From Alphaproteobacteria bacterium (GTDB lineage: Bacteria > Pseudomonadota > Alphaproteobacteria > SP197): a stretch of DNA of 64,000 nucleotides. The stretch is from positions 448,001-512,000 of the forward strand of contig OZ219917.1 of the NCBI GenBank assembly GCA_964291415.2, in the 5' to 3' direction. Made by a program: the position numbers and the translations under genes. The notes under the pieces were generated by a model. The model saw only the letters and a list, made by a program, of their open reading frames with translations. It was not told the origin of the DNA and did no database searches. Positions 1 to 12,081 of the stretch are shown here, in pieces; position 1 is the stretch's first letter, and each line of letters opens with the position of its first letter.

Positions 1-167
1 GGTTTGCATCGAGGTCGGCGCATCAATGCGGAGGCCTCATTATCCGATTGCCTTTGACAGAGCAGGCCGACCTCTCCCAAACTCATGAACTCAGCGATGG
101 CCTGGCGCACTCGTTCCGCCGTCTCCTCGATGACCATGACAAGAACGCGCAGACGAGGAGAATGAAC

Positions 168-227
168 ACCATCGCTTAACCAATGGGACCATCGCTTAAC
201 CAATGGGACCATCGCTTAACCAATGGG
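168..227. repeat. Perfect 20-bp tandem repeat x3 (ACCATCGCTTAACCAATGGG) just upstream of phoX
   Basis: Identical units at 168-187, 188-207 and 208-227, with no spacers. Confidence 0.95.
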
Positions 228-238
228 GAGAATTCGCC

Positions 239-2176
239 ATGACGAACGGTTCCAAGAATCACCAACAGGGTCGGCGTGAAATCGCGTCTCAGCCCGATTT
301 TGCCAATGTCCTCAAGGCGCGCCTCTCGCGGCGTGCCGTCCTGCACGGTGCTGCCGGAACAACGGCCGTTGCAGCCATGGGCGCTGCGGGCTCTGTTTTC
401 AGTCCGCCGGCGTCCGCTGGAGGCGCCAGTGCGTTCGACTTCGAAGAGGTCGAGCGGATCTACGATGAGACGCATCATGTCGCCAACGGATACAGCGCAC
501 GGATCCTGCTGCGATGGGGTGATCCCATCCTCGCCGGGGCGTCGGACTTCGATCCCGACAACCAGAGCAGGCAAACGCAGTCCGGACAGTTCGGCTACAA
601 CTGCGATTTCACCGCCTTCCTGCCACTGCCCTTCGGTTCCGACAATTCCGAACACGGCCTCTTGTGTGTCAACAACGAGTATCCCGATCCCCATATCTCG
701 ATTCCCGGATGGATCGGTGAGGCCTGGGCATCGAGTCCCGATCTCACCGCGGAGCAGGTTGACACGCTGATGGCGGCGACCGGTCATTCGGTCGTGGAAA
801 TCGAGAGAGTCGACGGCGAATGGCGGGTGGTGGCCGATTCCGAGTACAATCGCCGCCTCGACCTCTTTACCGAAATGGCCATGTCCGGCCCCGCCGCCGG
901 GCACGATCTTGTCAAGACCTCGGAGGATCCCTCCGGCACGAAGCCCGTCGGGACCCATACCAACTGCAGCGGAGGCGTCACGCCCTGGGGAACAATTCTC
1001 ACCTGCGAGGAATGGGCCTACTACGACTTTGGCGGAGACCCCGCAAAGACGGATCAGGAAGAGAGTCTGACGCGATACGGGTTCAGTGGTCACAATGGGT
1101 TGAGCCTCGCCCGGTATCATCCTCGCTTTGACGTCGAGCAGGAACCAAACGAGATGAATCGCTTCCACTGGGTGGTCGAGCTCGACCCCTATGATCCCCA
1201 GTCCGTTCCCGTCAAGCGCACCGCTCTCGGGCGGTTTGGCCACGAGGGGGCGCAGACCGCGGTCAGTCCTGACGGACGTCTGGTCGTCTATTCGGGGGAT
1301 GACGCCCGCTTCGAATACCTCTTCCGTTTCGTTTCGCGCGACAAGATTGACATGAACGATCGGGCCGCCAACAAGGACCTGCTCGATCATGGCGTGCTTT
1401 CGGTCGCACGATTCGACGAGGACGGCACCGTGACCTGGCTGCCCCTGGTTCACGGTGAAGGACCGCTGACGCCCGAAAACGGTTTCGCCGACCAGGGCGA
1501 AGTGGTCATCAACGCCCGATTTGCCGCTGATGCGCTCGGCGCCACCACGATGGATCGACCCGAAGATTTCGAAGTCAATCCGGTAACCGGCCGGGTGTAT
1601 GTCGTGCTGACCAAGAACAAGAAGCGGCGTGCGGATAACCTGAATGTCGTCAACACACGCGCGGAAAACCGCCAGGGCCACCTCGTGGAGCTGATTCCGC
1701 CGGGTGAAGGACCGGCTGTTGATCATGCTGCCGACCGCTTCGGATGGGACATCCTGGTTCTGTGTGGTGATCCGTCAAAGCCGGAACAGGGGGCCAGCTT
1801 CCATCCCGAGACCTCGGCGAACGGATGGTTCTCCACGCCGGACAACATCGCCTTCGACCCACAGGGGCGGTTGTGGATCGGAACCGATGGCATGAACAGC
1901 CTTGACCTGGCGGACGGTTTGTTCGCCGTGGACCTCGACGGACCGGCTCGCGGCAAGGCACAGGCGTTCTATGCCTGTCCGGCCGGCGCCGAATGCACCG
2001 GACCGAGCTTCACGCCCGACGGCCGGACGCTGTTCATCGCCGTTCAGCACCCGGGCGAGGATTCGGAGACCTATGACAGCCTGACGACCCGCTGGCCGGA
2101 TTTTGATGCGGGCCTGCCACCGCGACCCTCGGTCGTGGTCGTCACCCGCGATGACGGCGGCGTGGTCGGCGGCTGA
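239..2176 (+). CDS. phoX: PhoX-family (DUF839) Tat-exported alkaline phosphatase
   Basis: Twin-Arg signal (SRRAVL); motifs GYNCDF, NNEY, NCSGGVTPWGTILTCEE, KRTALGRFGHE, MDRPED, PDNIAF, ECTGP, VQHPGE. Start placed at ATG 239 after GGGGAG; an in-frame ATG also exists at 203. Confidence 0.93.
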   Translation: MTNGSKNHQQGRREIASQPDFANVLKARLSRRAVLHGAAGTTAVAAMGAAGSVFSPPASAGGASAFDFEEVERIYDETHHVANGYSARILLRWGDPILAGASDFDPDNQSRQTQSGQFGYNCDFTAFLPLPFGSDNSEHGLLCVNNEYPDPHISIPGWIGEAWASSPDLTAEQVDTLMAATGHSVVEIERVDGEWRVVADSEYNRRLDLFTEMAMSGPAAGHDLVKTSEDPSGTKPVGTHTNCSGGVTPWGTILTCEEWAYYDFGGDPAKTDQEESLTRYGFSGHNGLSLARYHPRFDVEQEPNEMNRFHWVVELDPYDPQSVPVKRTALGRFGHEGAQTAVSPDGRLVVYSGDDARFEYLFRFVSRDKIDMNDRAANKDLLDHGVLSVARFDEDGTVTWLPLVHGEGPLTPENGFADQGEVVINARFAADALGATTMDRPEDFEVNPVTGRVYVVLTKNKKRRADNLNVVNTRAENRQGHLVELIPPGEGPAVDHAADRFGWDILVLCGDPSKPEQGASFHPETSANGWFSTPDNIAFDPQGRLWIGTDGMNSLDLADGLFAVDLDGPARGKAQAFYACPAGAECTGPSFTPDGRTLFIAVQHPGEDSETYDSLTTRWPDFDAGLPPRPSVVVVTRDDGGVVGG

Positions 2177-2189
2177 GATCAACTGACGC

Positions 2190-2228
2190 TCCCGGCCGGG
2201 CAAGAGAGCTTCTCTGGCCCGGCCGGGA
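2190..2228. terminator. Strong hairpin downstream of phoX, probable terminator
   Basis: Arms TCCCGGCCGGGC/GCCCGGCCGGGA with an inner AGAGA/TCTCT stem; no clear U-tract. Confidence 0.5.
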
Positions 2229-2314
2229 AACGTTTCCCGTCTCTGGCGCGGTGTCCGGCCGAACTGTGGCCGGCGCCGCCATGTCCCCGAAGACCGGTCG
2301 ATCGTTCTGACCTG

Positions 2315-2540
2315 CCACCACTCGGGCCGGTAGCGGGGGTGCCGGTGATCTCGCCCGGAAGGCCGCCGCCGGGGTCCGTGAAATCGCCGGTTGCGGTAGG
2401 CCGCGCGCAGGGCTGGAGAGGGCCTCCGAGATGTAGGCGCTGGATGCGGACCGCCAGGATACCGGCCCCTGCCGGTGCAGGGTCCCCACCCGTGCGCCTT
2501 CACGAACTGACGGGTGAATCCGATGGACCAGGCATCGCGG
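2315..2540 (-). pseudogene. Eroded duplicate of the 3' end of the PBP1A gene (direct repeat of ~5346-5625)
   Basis: 2506-2540 matches 5591-5625 at 34/35 nt; further collinear blocks (GTCCGTGAAATCGCCGGT, GAGGGCyTCCG..ATGTAGG, ACCACTCsGGCC) are separated by short deletions. Confidence 0.85.
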
Positions 2541-2557
2541 CGCGCATTCGCTCCGGT

Positions 2558-3457
2558 TCAACCGCCGGTCGTGAGGTGCCGCACATAGGCCGCGGCGTTG
2601 CCAAGAGACCTCACTGCCTCCGGCACGTCGGGCACCATGTGGTGCCAGACATGGGGTGTTCCCTCCTCGGCAAGCTCAAGAAGCGGAGGGTTGCCGGCGC
2701 GCTCGAGCGCTCCGGCGAGGCGCACCGCGTCGTCGTAGAGGAGTTCGCTTCGGCTGGCCTGGATCAGAAAGGGCGGCAATCCCTGAAAACTGCCAAAGAT
2801 AGGCGCGGCAAGCGGGTTGCGCCGGTCCGCACCTGCCAGGAAGCCGTCGACGAGCATGTCGAGCTCCGCCGGGGACAGCAAGGCGTCGCGCTCCGGATTG
2901 CCGGCACGCCACGTGCCGGTTCCTTCCAGGTCGGTCCAGGGCGAGAGAGCCACGCAGCATTTCGGCAGGGCCATGCCCCGGTCCCTGGCGGCCTGGGAAA
3001 CACTGAAGACCAGGCCGCCGCCGGCCGAATCGCCGGCAAACCCGACACGATCCGGCTCTGCTCCCAGTTCCGCGAATCCCTGCCACGCCGCGATGCAGTC
3101 TTCGACCGGAATGGGAAAGGGGTGCTCGGGCGCCAGTCTGTAGAGAGGAAACCAGAGGGGACAGCCGGCATTCCTGGCCAGTCTGGTGACGATCATCTCG
3201 TGACTCCTTTCGGAGCCGATGCAATAGCCGCCGCCATGAAAGTAGACGATGGCGCGCGTCTCATCGGCTCCGGGAGGCACGTAGCGAAAGCCCTTGATGC
3301 CCCCGAACTCGGCGTTCTCCCGCCGAACCTCCGGCAGCGCCGGAAATGCGTCTCCCAGGCTGTCGTACGACTCCCGGTGTTCCTGCCAGGTCGCATCGGC
3401 CGGAAGCGAGCCTTCGGCGAGCAACGCGAGGTTGGCGGTCATCTGTGTGCTCAGCAT
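2558..3457 (-). CDS. HSL-family alpha/beta hydrolase (esterase/lipase)
   Basis: HGGG oxyanion motif, GDSAGG nucleophile elbow, YRLAPEHPFP, HVW. Confidence 0.92.
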   Translation of the reverse strand: MLSTQMTANLALLAEGSLPADATWQEHRESYDSLGDAFPALPEVRRENAEFGGIKGFRYVPPGADETRAIVYFHGGGYCIGSERSHEMIVTRLARNAGCPLWFPLYRLAPEHPFPIPVEDCIAAWQGFAELGAEPDRVGFAGDSAGGGLVFSVSQAARDRGMALPKCCVALSPWTDLEGTGTWRAGNPERDALLSPAELDMLVDGFLAGADRRNPLAAPIFGSFQGLPPFLIQASRSELLYDDAVRLAGALERAGNPPLLELAEEGTPHVWHHMVPDVPEAVRSLGNAAAYVRHLTTGG

Positions 3458-3746
3458 CGCGAGTTACTCTGTGTGTCGACGATCGAAAGCACCCGGATCA
3501 CTCACCAACCCCGCCCCAGGGAGATAGGGTCCGTGACATATGTGAATGAGTCCAAACGCTTACATGTACCGAGGAGTCCGTCCCCATAGCGGCACACTGT
3601 ACACCACGGCAATGGGGGTTTGAAGGCCTCGGACGCCGCCGGATTGTGGCCGGTTTCGACGGCAGCCGGCCTTTGTGCCAGCGCAGGGTGTCTGCAGAAG
3701 GCCGATGACGAGGCGCTCGGGGTCAAGTCAGGCCCACCAGCCGAGG

Positions 3747-4184
3747 TCAGGATGTCTGAACATCCGGTACGATCAGTTCGATACGTTCGCCGTGACGTCG
3801 AAAGTCGGATGCGTTGAGAGTCAGAAGCCGCCGCTCGTCGTGCGCCAGCGTGGTGGCCACGATGTTGGCGTCGTGCACCTGCCTTCCGGCGAGCAGGACC
3901 TCCCGGCACAGAGCAACGAGCACATCCGTCACATGGGCGCCGTCTTCGAGGATCTCGAATGCTGCGCTCAGCCACGCGAGGTCGTTCAGGGTGTCGGCCA
4001 TGGAGAGGGGAGCCTGCCAGGTTTGCGGTCGAGTCATGGTCGACAAGTACTCGCGAAGCACCTGACGACTGATGCGCAAGGGCTCGCCTGTCCGTTGTGC
4101 CCGGGAGAGCGCCGCTCGAGCGAGCGAACTGTGGGGGGCCCGTGCACTGCGGGCCGATGCGAAAATGTTCGTGTCGATGAACAT
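3747..4184 (-). CDS. PIN-domain (VapC-like) ribonuclease toxin
   Basis: N-terminal FIDTN, QVLRE, VHDANIVAT, LLTLNASDF; 145 aa. Confidence 0.85.
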   Translation of the reverse strand: MFIDTNIFASARSARAPHSSLARAALSRAQRTGEPLRISRQVLREYLSTMTRPQTWQAPLSMADTLNDLAWLSAAFEILEDGAHVTDVLVALCREVLLAGRQVHDANIVATTLAHDERRLLTLNASDFRRHGERIELIVPDVQTS

Positions 4185-4231
4185 TCCGCTCGACGTCGCT
4201 CTTGTGAATTCGGCTTGAATCTACCGGAAAG

Positions 4232-4978
4232 TCACCCCCTGTCGTCGTAGATCTCTTCGCGCCTCACCGCGAAGTCCTCGGGCCACGGTCCCATGTCCAC
4301 TGCCGGGAAATCGCGGGCAAGGACGAAAGGACGGGCCGAGTCCACTTGTCCGGCCGACGGTCCGACGCCCTCTTCGCGTTCGAACACGAGTGTTTCGGCA
4401 GCAAGATCGACCTGCGCGGTCTGCCAGCCGGCAGCCTGCCAGGCCAGGGAATGGCCGTGACCACCGCCGTGCCTCTGGTTTGCCCACCACGGCCGATGGT
4501 GCCGCGCCGAAGGTGGCAGTCTGAAGCCAAGTACGGACTCGACCTCGGAAAACGTAGTTCGCCAACGAGAGCCCGGCCTCGCACTGAGGTGTTGGTAGAG
4601 AAGCGCGTACTTGCCGTTCGCGGCGGCTTGGCGGGCGATGTCCTTCCTGTCTCCAGGGGCAGAATGCCCGGTCTCGGTCGTGATGCGTCGAAAGATCAGT
4701 GTCTCTGCATCCAGGTCGACTTTACTGGTCCGCCAGCCCGCCGCCTGCCAGGCCAGAGAGTGGCTGTGACCGCCTCCGCGAGTCTGGTTCGCCCACCAGG
4801 GCCTGTGAAGGCGCGCCGAGTCCGGCAGCGTGAATCCCAGAATGGCCTCGATCTCGGAAAAGGACACTTTCCAGTCCGGTCCCTCGGTGCTGGCCAGATG
4901 GCGATAAAGGGGTGAATACTTGCCACGCGCGGCAGCGCGCCTGGCAAGCCGTTCTCTGTGCTGAGCCATGAGCACCAT
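4232..4978 (-). CDS. Tandem DUF7662-like domain protein with an antitoxin-like acidic C-terminal tail
   Basis: Two ~85-aa copies of GKYxxLYxHL...FSEhExhLGFxLPxSARxHRPWWANQ...HSLAWQAAGW...VDLxAETLhF, then GPWPEDFAVRREEIYDDRG. Confidence 0.7.
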   Translation of the reverse strand: MVLMAQHRERLARRAAARGKYSPLYRHLASTEGPDWKVSFSEIEAILGFTLPDSARLHRPWWANQTRGGGHSHSLAWQAAGWRTSKVDLDAETLIFRRITTETGHSAPGDRKDIARQAAANGKYALLYQHLSARPGSRWRTTFSEVESVLGFRLPPSARHHRPWWANQRHGGGHGHSLAWQAAGWQTAQVDLAAETLVFEREEGVGPSAGQVDSARPFVLARDFPAVDMGPWPEDFAVRREEIYDDRG

Positions 4979-5345
4979 CCTCAGAAAAGTGTGTGATGAG
5001 GTCTTGCTTACCTTCTATGGACGAATCGCGGGACGTATCAAGCCGATCTTGCGACAGGATGGTGAAGGTCCGCGAGCGTGCGCCGGACCGCACACAGCGC
5101 GCACCCAGCAGGTTCCGATCGAACACTGGCTTCGGAATGTCGATGATCCCCGTGGCGCATCGTCTTCAGGATGTGCTGCACCACCTTGGTCATGTCGCGG
5201 CTTGAGATCGTCGTCGAGGGACAGCGCAAGAGGTCATGTGGTTCCCGCCCGACCAGCTCGGTTGATAGAAACGGCCGGGCCACAAGGGGATGCCGGGGAT
5301 CGTCCGGTACGGGCAATTGCGAGGCTGCTGCGAAGGCAGTCCGCC

Positions 5346-7244
5346 CTACCACTCCGGCCCTTTCTGGCGTGAGTCCGGGTTGCCGCCTGTGAGATCGCCC
5401 AGGAGGTCGCTGACGAAGTCCGTGAAATCGCCGGTCGCGGGAGGCGGCGCGTGATCGACGAGCTTCAGGGCTGGCACCCCTGCGAGGGCTTCCGTCATGT
5501 AGGTGGCCCAGATGCGGGCCGGCAGGCCACCGCCGGTCACCTTGCCGGTAGGGCTTCCGTCGTCGTTCCCCACCCAGACGCCTGTGACGTACTGACGGGT
5601 GAATCCGATGAACCAGGCATCGCGGAAGTCCTGGCTGGTGCCTGTCTTGCCTCCGGCCGGCCAGGCGATTTGCGCCGCACGGCCTGTGCCGTCTTCCATG
5701 ACCTTGCCCAGCATCGCCGTCATCGCGGCGTGCACGGCCGGTTCGATGAGGCGGGGTGCGGGCAGGTCGTGTCGCCGGTAGAGGACCTCCCCTGAGGACG
5801 TGCGGATTTCCCGGATCACCCACGGCCAGGTAGCCAGTCCCTGGTTGGCCATGGTGCCGTAGGCGCCGGTCAGTTCGAGGAGACTGAGTTCCGTCGTTCC
5901 CAGGGCAAGGCTTGGAACCTCCGGCAGTTCCCGGTCGATGCCGAGGCGATGCGCGACCTCGATGACATTCGCGATGCCAACCGTCCAGGCGGTGTCGGCC
6001 GCCACCGTGTTGACCGAACCGGCAAAGGCATCGGCGAGCGTCATCATGCCCTCGTAGCCATCGCGGAAGTTTCCCGGACTCCAGCCGTTGATCGTCACCG
6101 GGCGGTCCTCGACGCCGGTATCGGGGCGCCAGCCGGCTTCGAGTGCCGCCAGGTAGACGAAGAGCTTGAAGGCCGACCCCGGTTGTCGGTAGGCGTGCAC
6201 GGCGCGATTGAACTGGGTCTTGCTGTATCCCGAGCCGCCGACCATGGCGACCACGGCGCCATCGGGGTCCATGGAGACGATGGCGCCTTCCCCGGCGGTG
6301 GCCGGCCCGCCTTCGGCGAGACCGGAGACGAGCGCCTTGCGGGCTTTCTCCTGGAGCGTCGCATCGATGGTCGTCGAGATGATGAGGTTGCGGGTGGCCA
6401 CACCGATGTACTCGGATGCCCGTGCGGCCACCCAGTCGGTGGCATAGCGTGCATCCCCGCCGGTGTTGCTGGCGATGGCAAGCACCAGGGGTGTCGCCTT
6501 CGCCTCTACGGCCCGGTCTCGGTCGATGAAGCCCGCATCCACCATGCTGTCGATGACAGTGGTGGTCCGCCCGATGGCCCGGCCCGGGTTGTTGAAGGGG
6601 TTGTCGCGTGAAGGCGCCTTCAGGAGGCCGGCAATCATGGCGGACTCACCCAGGGACAGCTCTCCTGCCTTCTTGCCGAAGTAGCGGTGCGAAGCGGCGG
6701 CGATGCCAAAGGCGCCGGCCCCCAGGTAGACCCGGTTGAGATAGATGGCGAAGATCTCCTCCTTGGTGAACTTGCGTTCCAGCCAGAAGGCGAGCAGCAC
6801 TTCCTGGATCTTGCGCTTGAGTGAACGCTCCGGTGTCAGGAAGACATTCTTGATGACCTGCTGGGTGATGGTGCTGCCGCCCTGGACCACCTCCCCGGCG
6901 CGCAGGTTGGCGATGAGGGCGCGCAGAACGCCGAAGACATCCATGCCGCCGTGGTCGAAGAAGCGGCGATCCTCCACCGCGATGACGGCCGCGACGAGAT
7001 AAGGCGGCAGGCGGTCGAAGGGAACGATCTCGCCGCGAAAGTCGCCATAGGTCGCGAGAATCCTGTCATTGGAATCAAGAACGGTCACCGAAGGTGTGCG
7101 GTCGCTGATGAGGCGATCCGGATCGGGAAGATCAAGGGCGTACCAGCCGACGAGGGCTCCGGCGAGGACGGAGGCCCAGATGGTGGCGATGATCGACCAG
7201 CGCGAGACACGAACGATCATGCGCAAGGGCTTGCGTTTCTTCAT
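5346..7244 (-). CDS. Class A penicillin-binding protein (PBP1A family transglycosylase/transpeptidase)
   Basis: EDRRFFDH, QGGSTITQQ, RKIQE, SAFK (SxxK), SVN, KTG; N-terminal TM segment. Confidence 0.95.
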   Translation of the reverse strand: MKKRKPLRMIVRVSRWSIIATIWASVLAGALVGWYALDLPDPDRLISDRTPSVTVLDSNDRILATYGDFRGEIVPFDRLPPYLVAAVIAVEDRRFFDHGGMDVFGVLRALIANLRAGEVVQGGSTITQQVIKNVFLTPERSLKRKIQEVLLAFWLERKFTKEEIFAIYLNRVYLGAGAFGIAAASHRYFGKKAGELSLGESAMIAGLLKAPSRDNPFNNPGRAIGRTTTVIDSMVDAGFIDRDRAVEAKATPLVLAIASNTGGDARYATDWVAARASEYIGVATRNLIISTTIDATLQEKARKALVSGLAEGGPATAGEGAIVSMDPDGAVVAMVGGSGYSKTQFNRAVHAYRQPGSAFKLFVYLAALEAGWRPDTGVEDRPVTINGWSPGNFRDGYEGMMTLADAFAGSVNTVAADTAWTVGIANVIEVAHRLGIDRELPEVPSLALGTTELSLLELTGAYGTMANQGLATWPWVIREIRTSSGEVLYRRHDLPAPRLIEPAVHAAMTAMLGKVMEDGTGRAAQIAWPAGGKTGTSQDFRDAWFIGFTRQYVTGVWVGNDDGSPTGKVTGGGLPARIWATYMTEALAGVPALKLVDHAPPPATGDFTDFVSDLLGDLTGGNPDSRQKGPEW

Positions 7245-7262
7245 CTCGGGTCAGGCGCCCGG

Positions 7263-10843
<3,581 letters not shown>

Positions 10844-10854
10844 CGTCGCCGTGC

Positions 10855-11976
10855 CTAGACCCTGAGCGGCATCAGGACATAGAGAGTCCGGTTGTCGTCG
10901 GCATCACGCACGATGGCCGGCGAGGAGTCGCGGGACATGATGACCAGCATGACATCGCCATCGAAATTCTTTGCCATTTCAGAGATATAACGTGCGTTGA
11001 AGCCGATGGTCATGGGTGTTCCCTCGTACTCGACCTCAAGCTCCTCCTCTCCGGTGACGCCTTCGAGATTGCTGGCGGACACCAGCAGGCGGCCGGTCGA
11101 GATGTCCAGCTTGACGGGCCGTCCCTTGTCCGTGGTCGTGATCACGGACATGCGGTCGGTCGCCCTCACGAACGTGTCCTTCGAGACCTTCATGAGCCTG
11201 TCGTTGTCGTCGGGAATCACCTTTTCATAGTTCGGGTAGGTGCCGTCGATGAGCTTGGACGTCATCTGGATGGCACCGGACCGGAAGCTCAACTTGCGTT
11301 CCGCCACCTCGATGTGAATGTCCTCATCGGCGGTGTCGATCAGGCTGCGCAGCACATGGATGGTCTTGTTGGGGACAATGATCCCCGGCATGCCGTCGGC
11401 GCCTTCGGGTTGCTCGGTATCCACCCTGGCAAGCCGGTGGCCGTCCGTGGCGACGGCGCGCAGCACAGGGCCGCCGTCTCCTGTCGTTGCGTGGAAGAAA
11501 ACTCCTTGCAGATTCTCCCGGGCGCCCTCCACGAGTGCAGCAAAGTGAGTGCGGTCAAGAAGACGCCGCAGTTCCGTTGCCGGCAACGAGAATCCGTGGC
11601 TGAAGGCCGTTGCCGTCATCAGGGGGAAATCCTCGGGCGGCAGGCAGGCGAACTCGAACTGCGTCGGTCCGCAAAGGATCGACAGGCGTCCGCTCACCTG
11701 GTCGCGTTCGAGTGCCACCTGGGCCCCGTCGGGGAGGGTGCGGCAAATGTTCTGGAGCAGGAACGCCGATGCCGTCGTGGTCCCGGGTGCGGTGACGTCG
11801 GCAGCGAGGTTCTGCACCACCTCAAGGTCCATGTCCGTGGCGGTGAGGCGGAGGTTCTGCTCGTCCGCATCGAGTCTGACGTTGGCGAGAACCGGGATGG
11901 TGCTGCGCCGTTCGACAACGCTGTTTGCGTGTGTGAGTGCCGTCATCAGGGCGCTACGTTCAACGACAAGTTTCAT
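10855..11976 (-). CDS. dnaN: DNA polymerase III beta sliding clamp
   Basis: ATDMDL, VATDGHRLA, GFNARY, C-terminal YVLMPLRV. Confidence 0.96.
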   Translation of the reverse strand: MKLVVERSALMTALTHANSVVERRSTIPVLANVRLDADEQNLRLTATDMDLEVVQNLAADVTAPGTTTASAFLLQNICRTLPDGAQVALERDQVSGRLSILCGPTQFEFACLPPEDFPLMTATAFSHGFSLPATELRRLLDRTHFAALVEGARENLQGVFFHATTGDGGPVLRAVATDGHRLARVDTEQPEGADGMPGIIVPNKTIHVLRSLIDTADEDIHIEVAERKLSFRSGAIQMTSKLIDGTYPNYEKVIPDDNDRLMKVSKDTFVRATDRMSVITTTDKGRPVKLDISTGRLLVSASNLEGVTGEEELEVEYEGTPMTIGFNARYISEMAKNFDGDVMLVIMSRDSSPAIVRDADDNRTLYVLMPLRV

Positions 11977-12081
11977 GGACCAGCATCCCTGGCAGTGAAT
12001 GCCGGTCAGGGCGCGCCCCGCCGGCTGGCATGTCACGCCAATCTAGCAGGAAGCGGCATGCATGTGCCACACCATAGCGGC

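Noticed and set aside
168-227. CRISPR array
   Set aside because: Units are contiguous with no spacers, and there are no cas genes in the window
176-1726. 516-aa antisense ORF, and similar long ones at 10837-12921, 20698-22464, 32988-34712 and 56092-58125
   Set aside because: Shadow ORFs opposite well-supported genes, expected in high-GC DNA; no recognisable motifs
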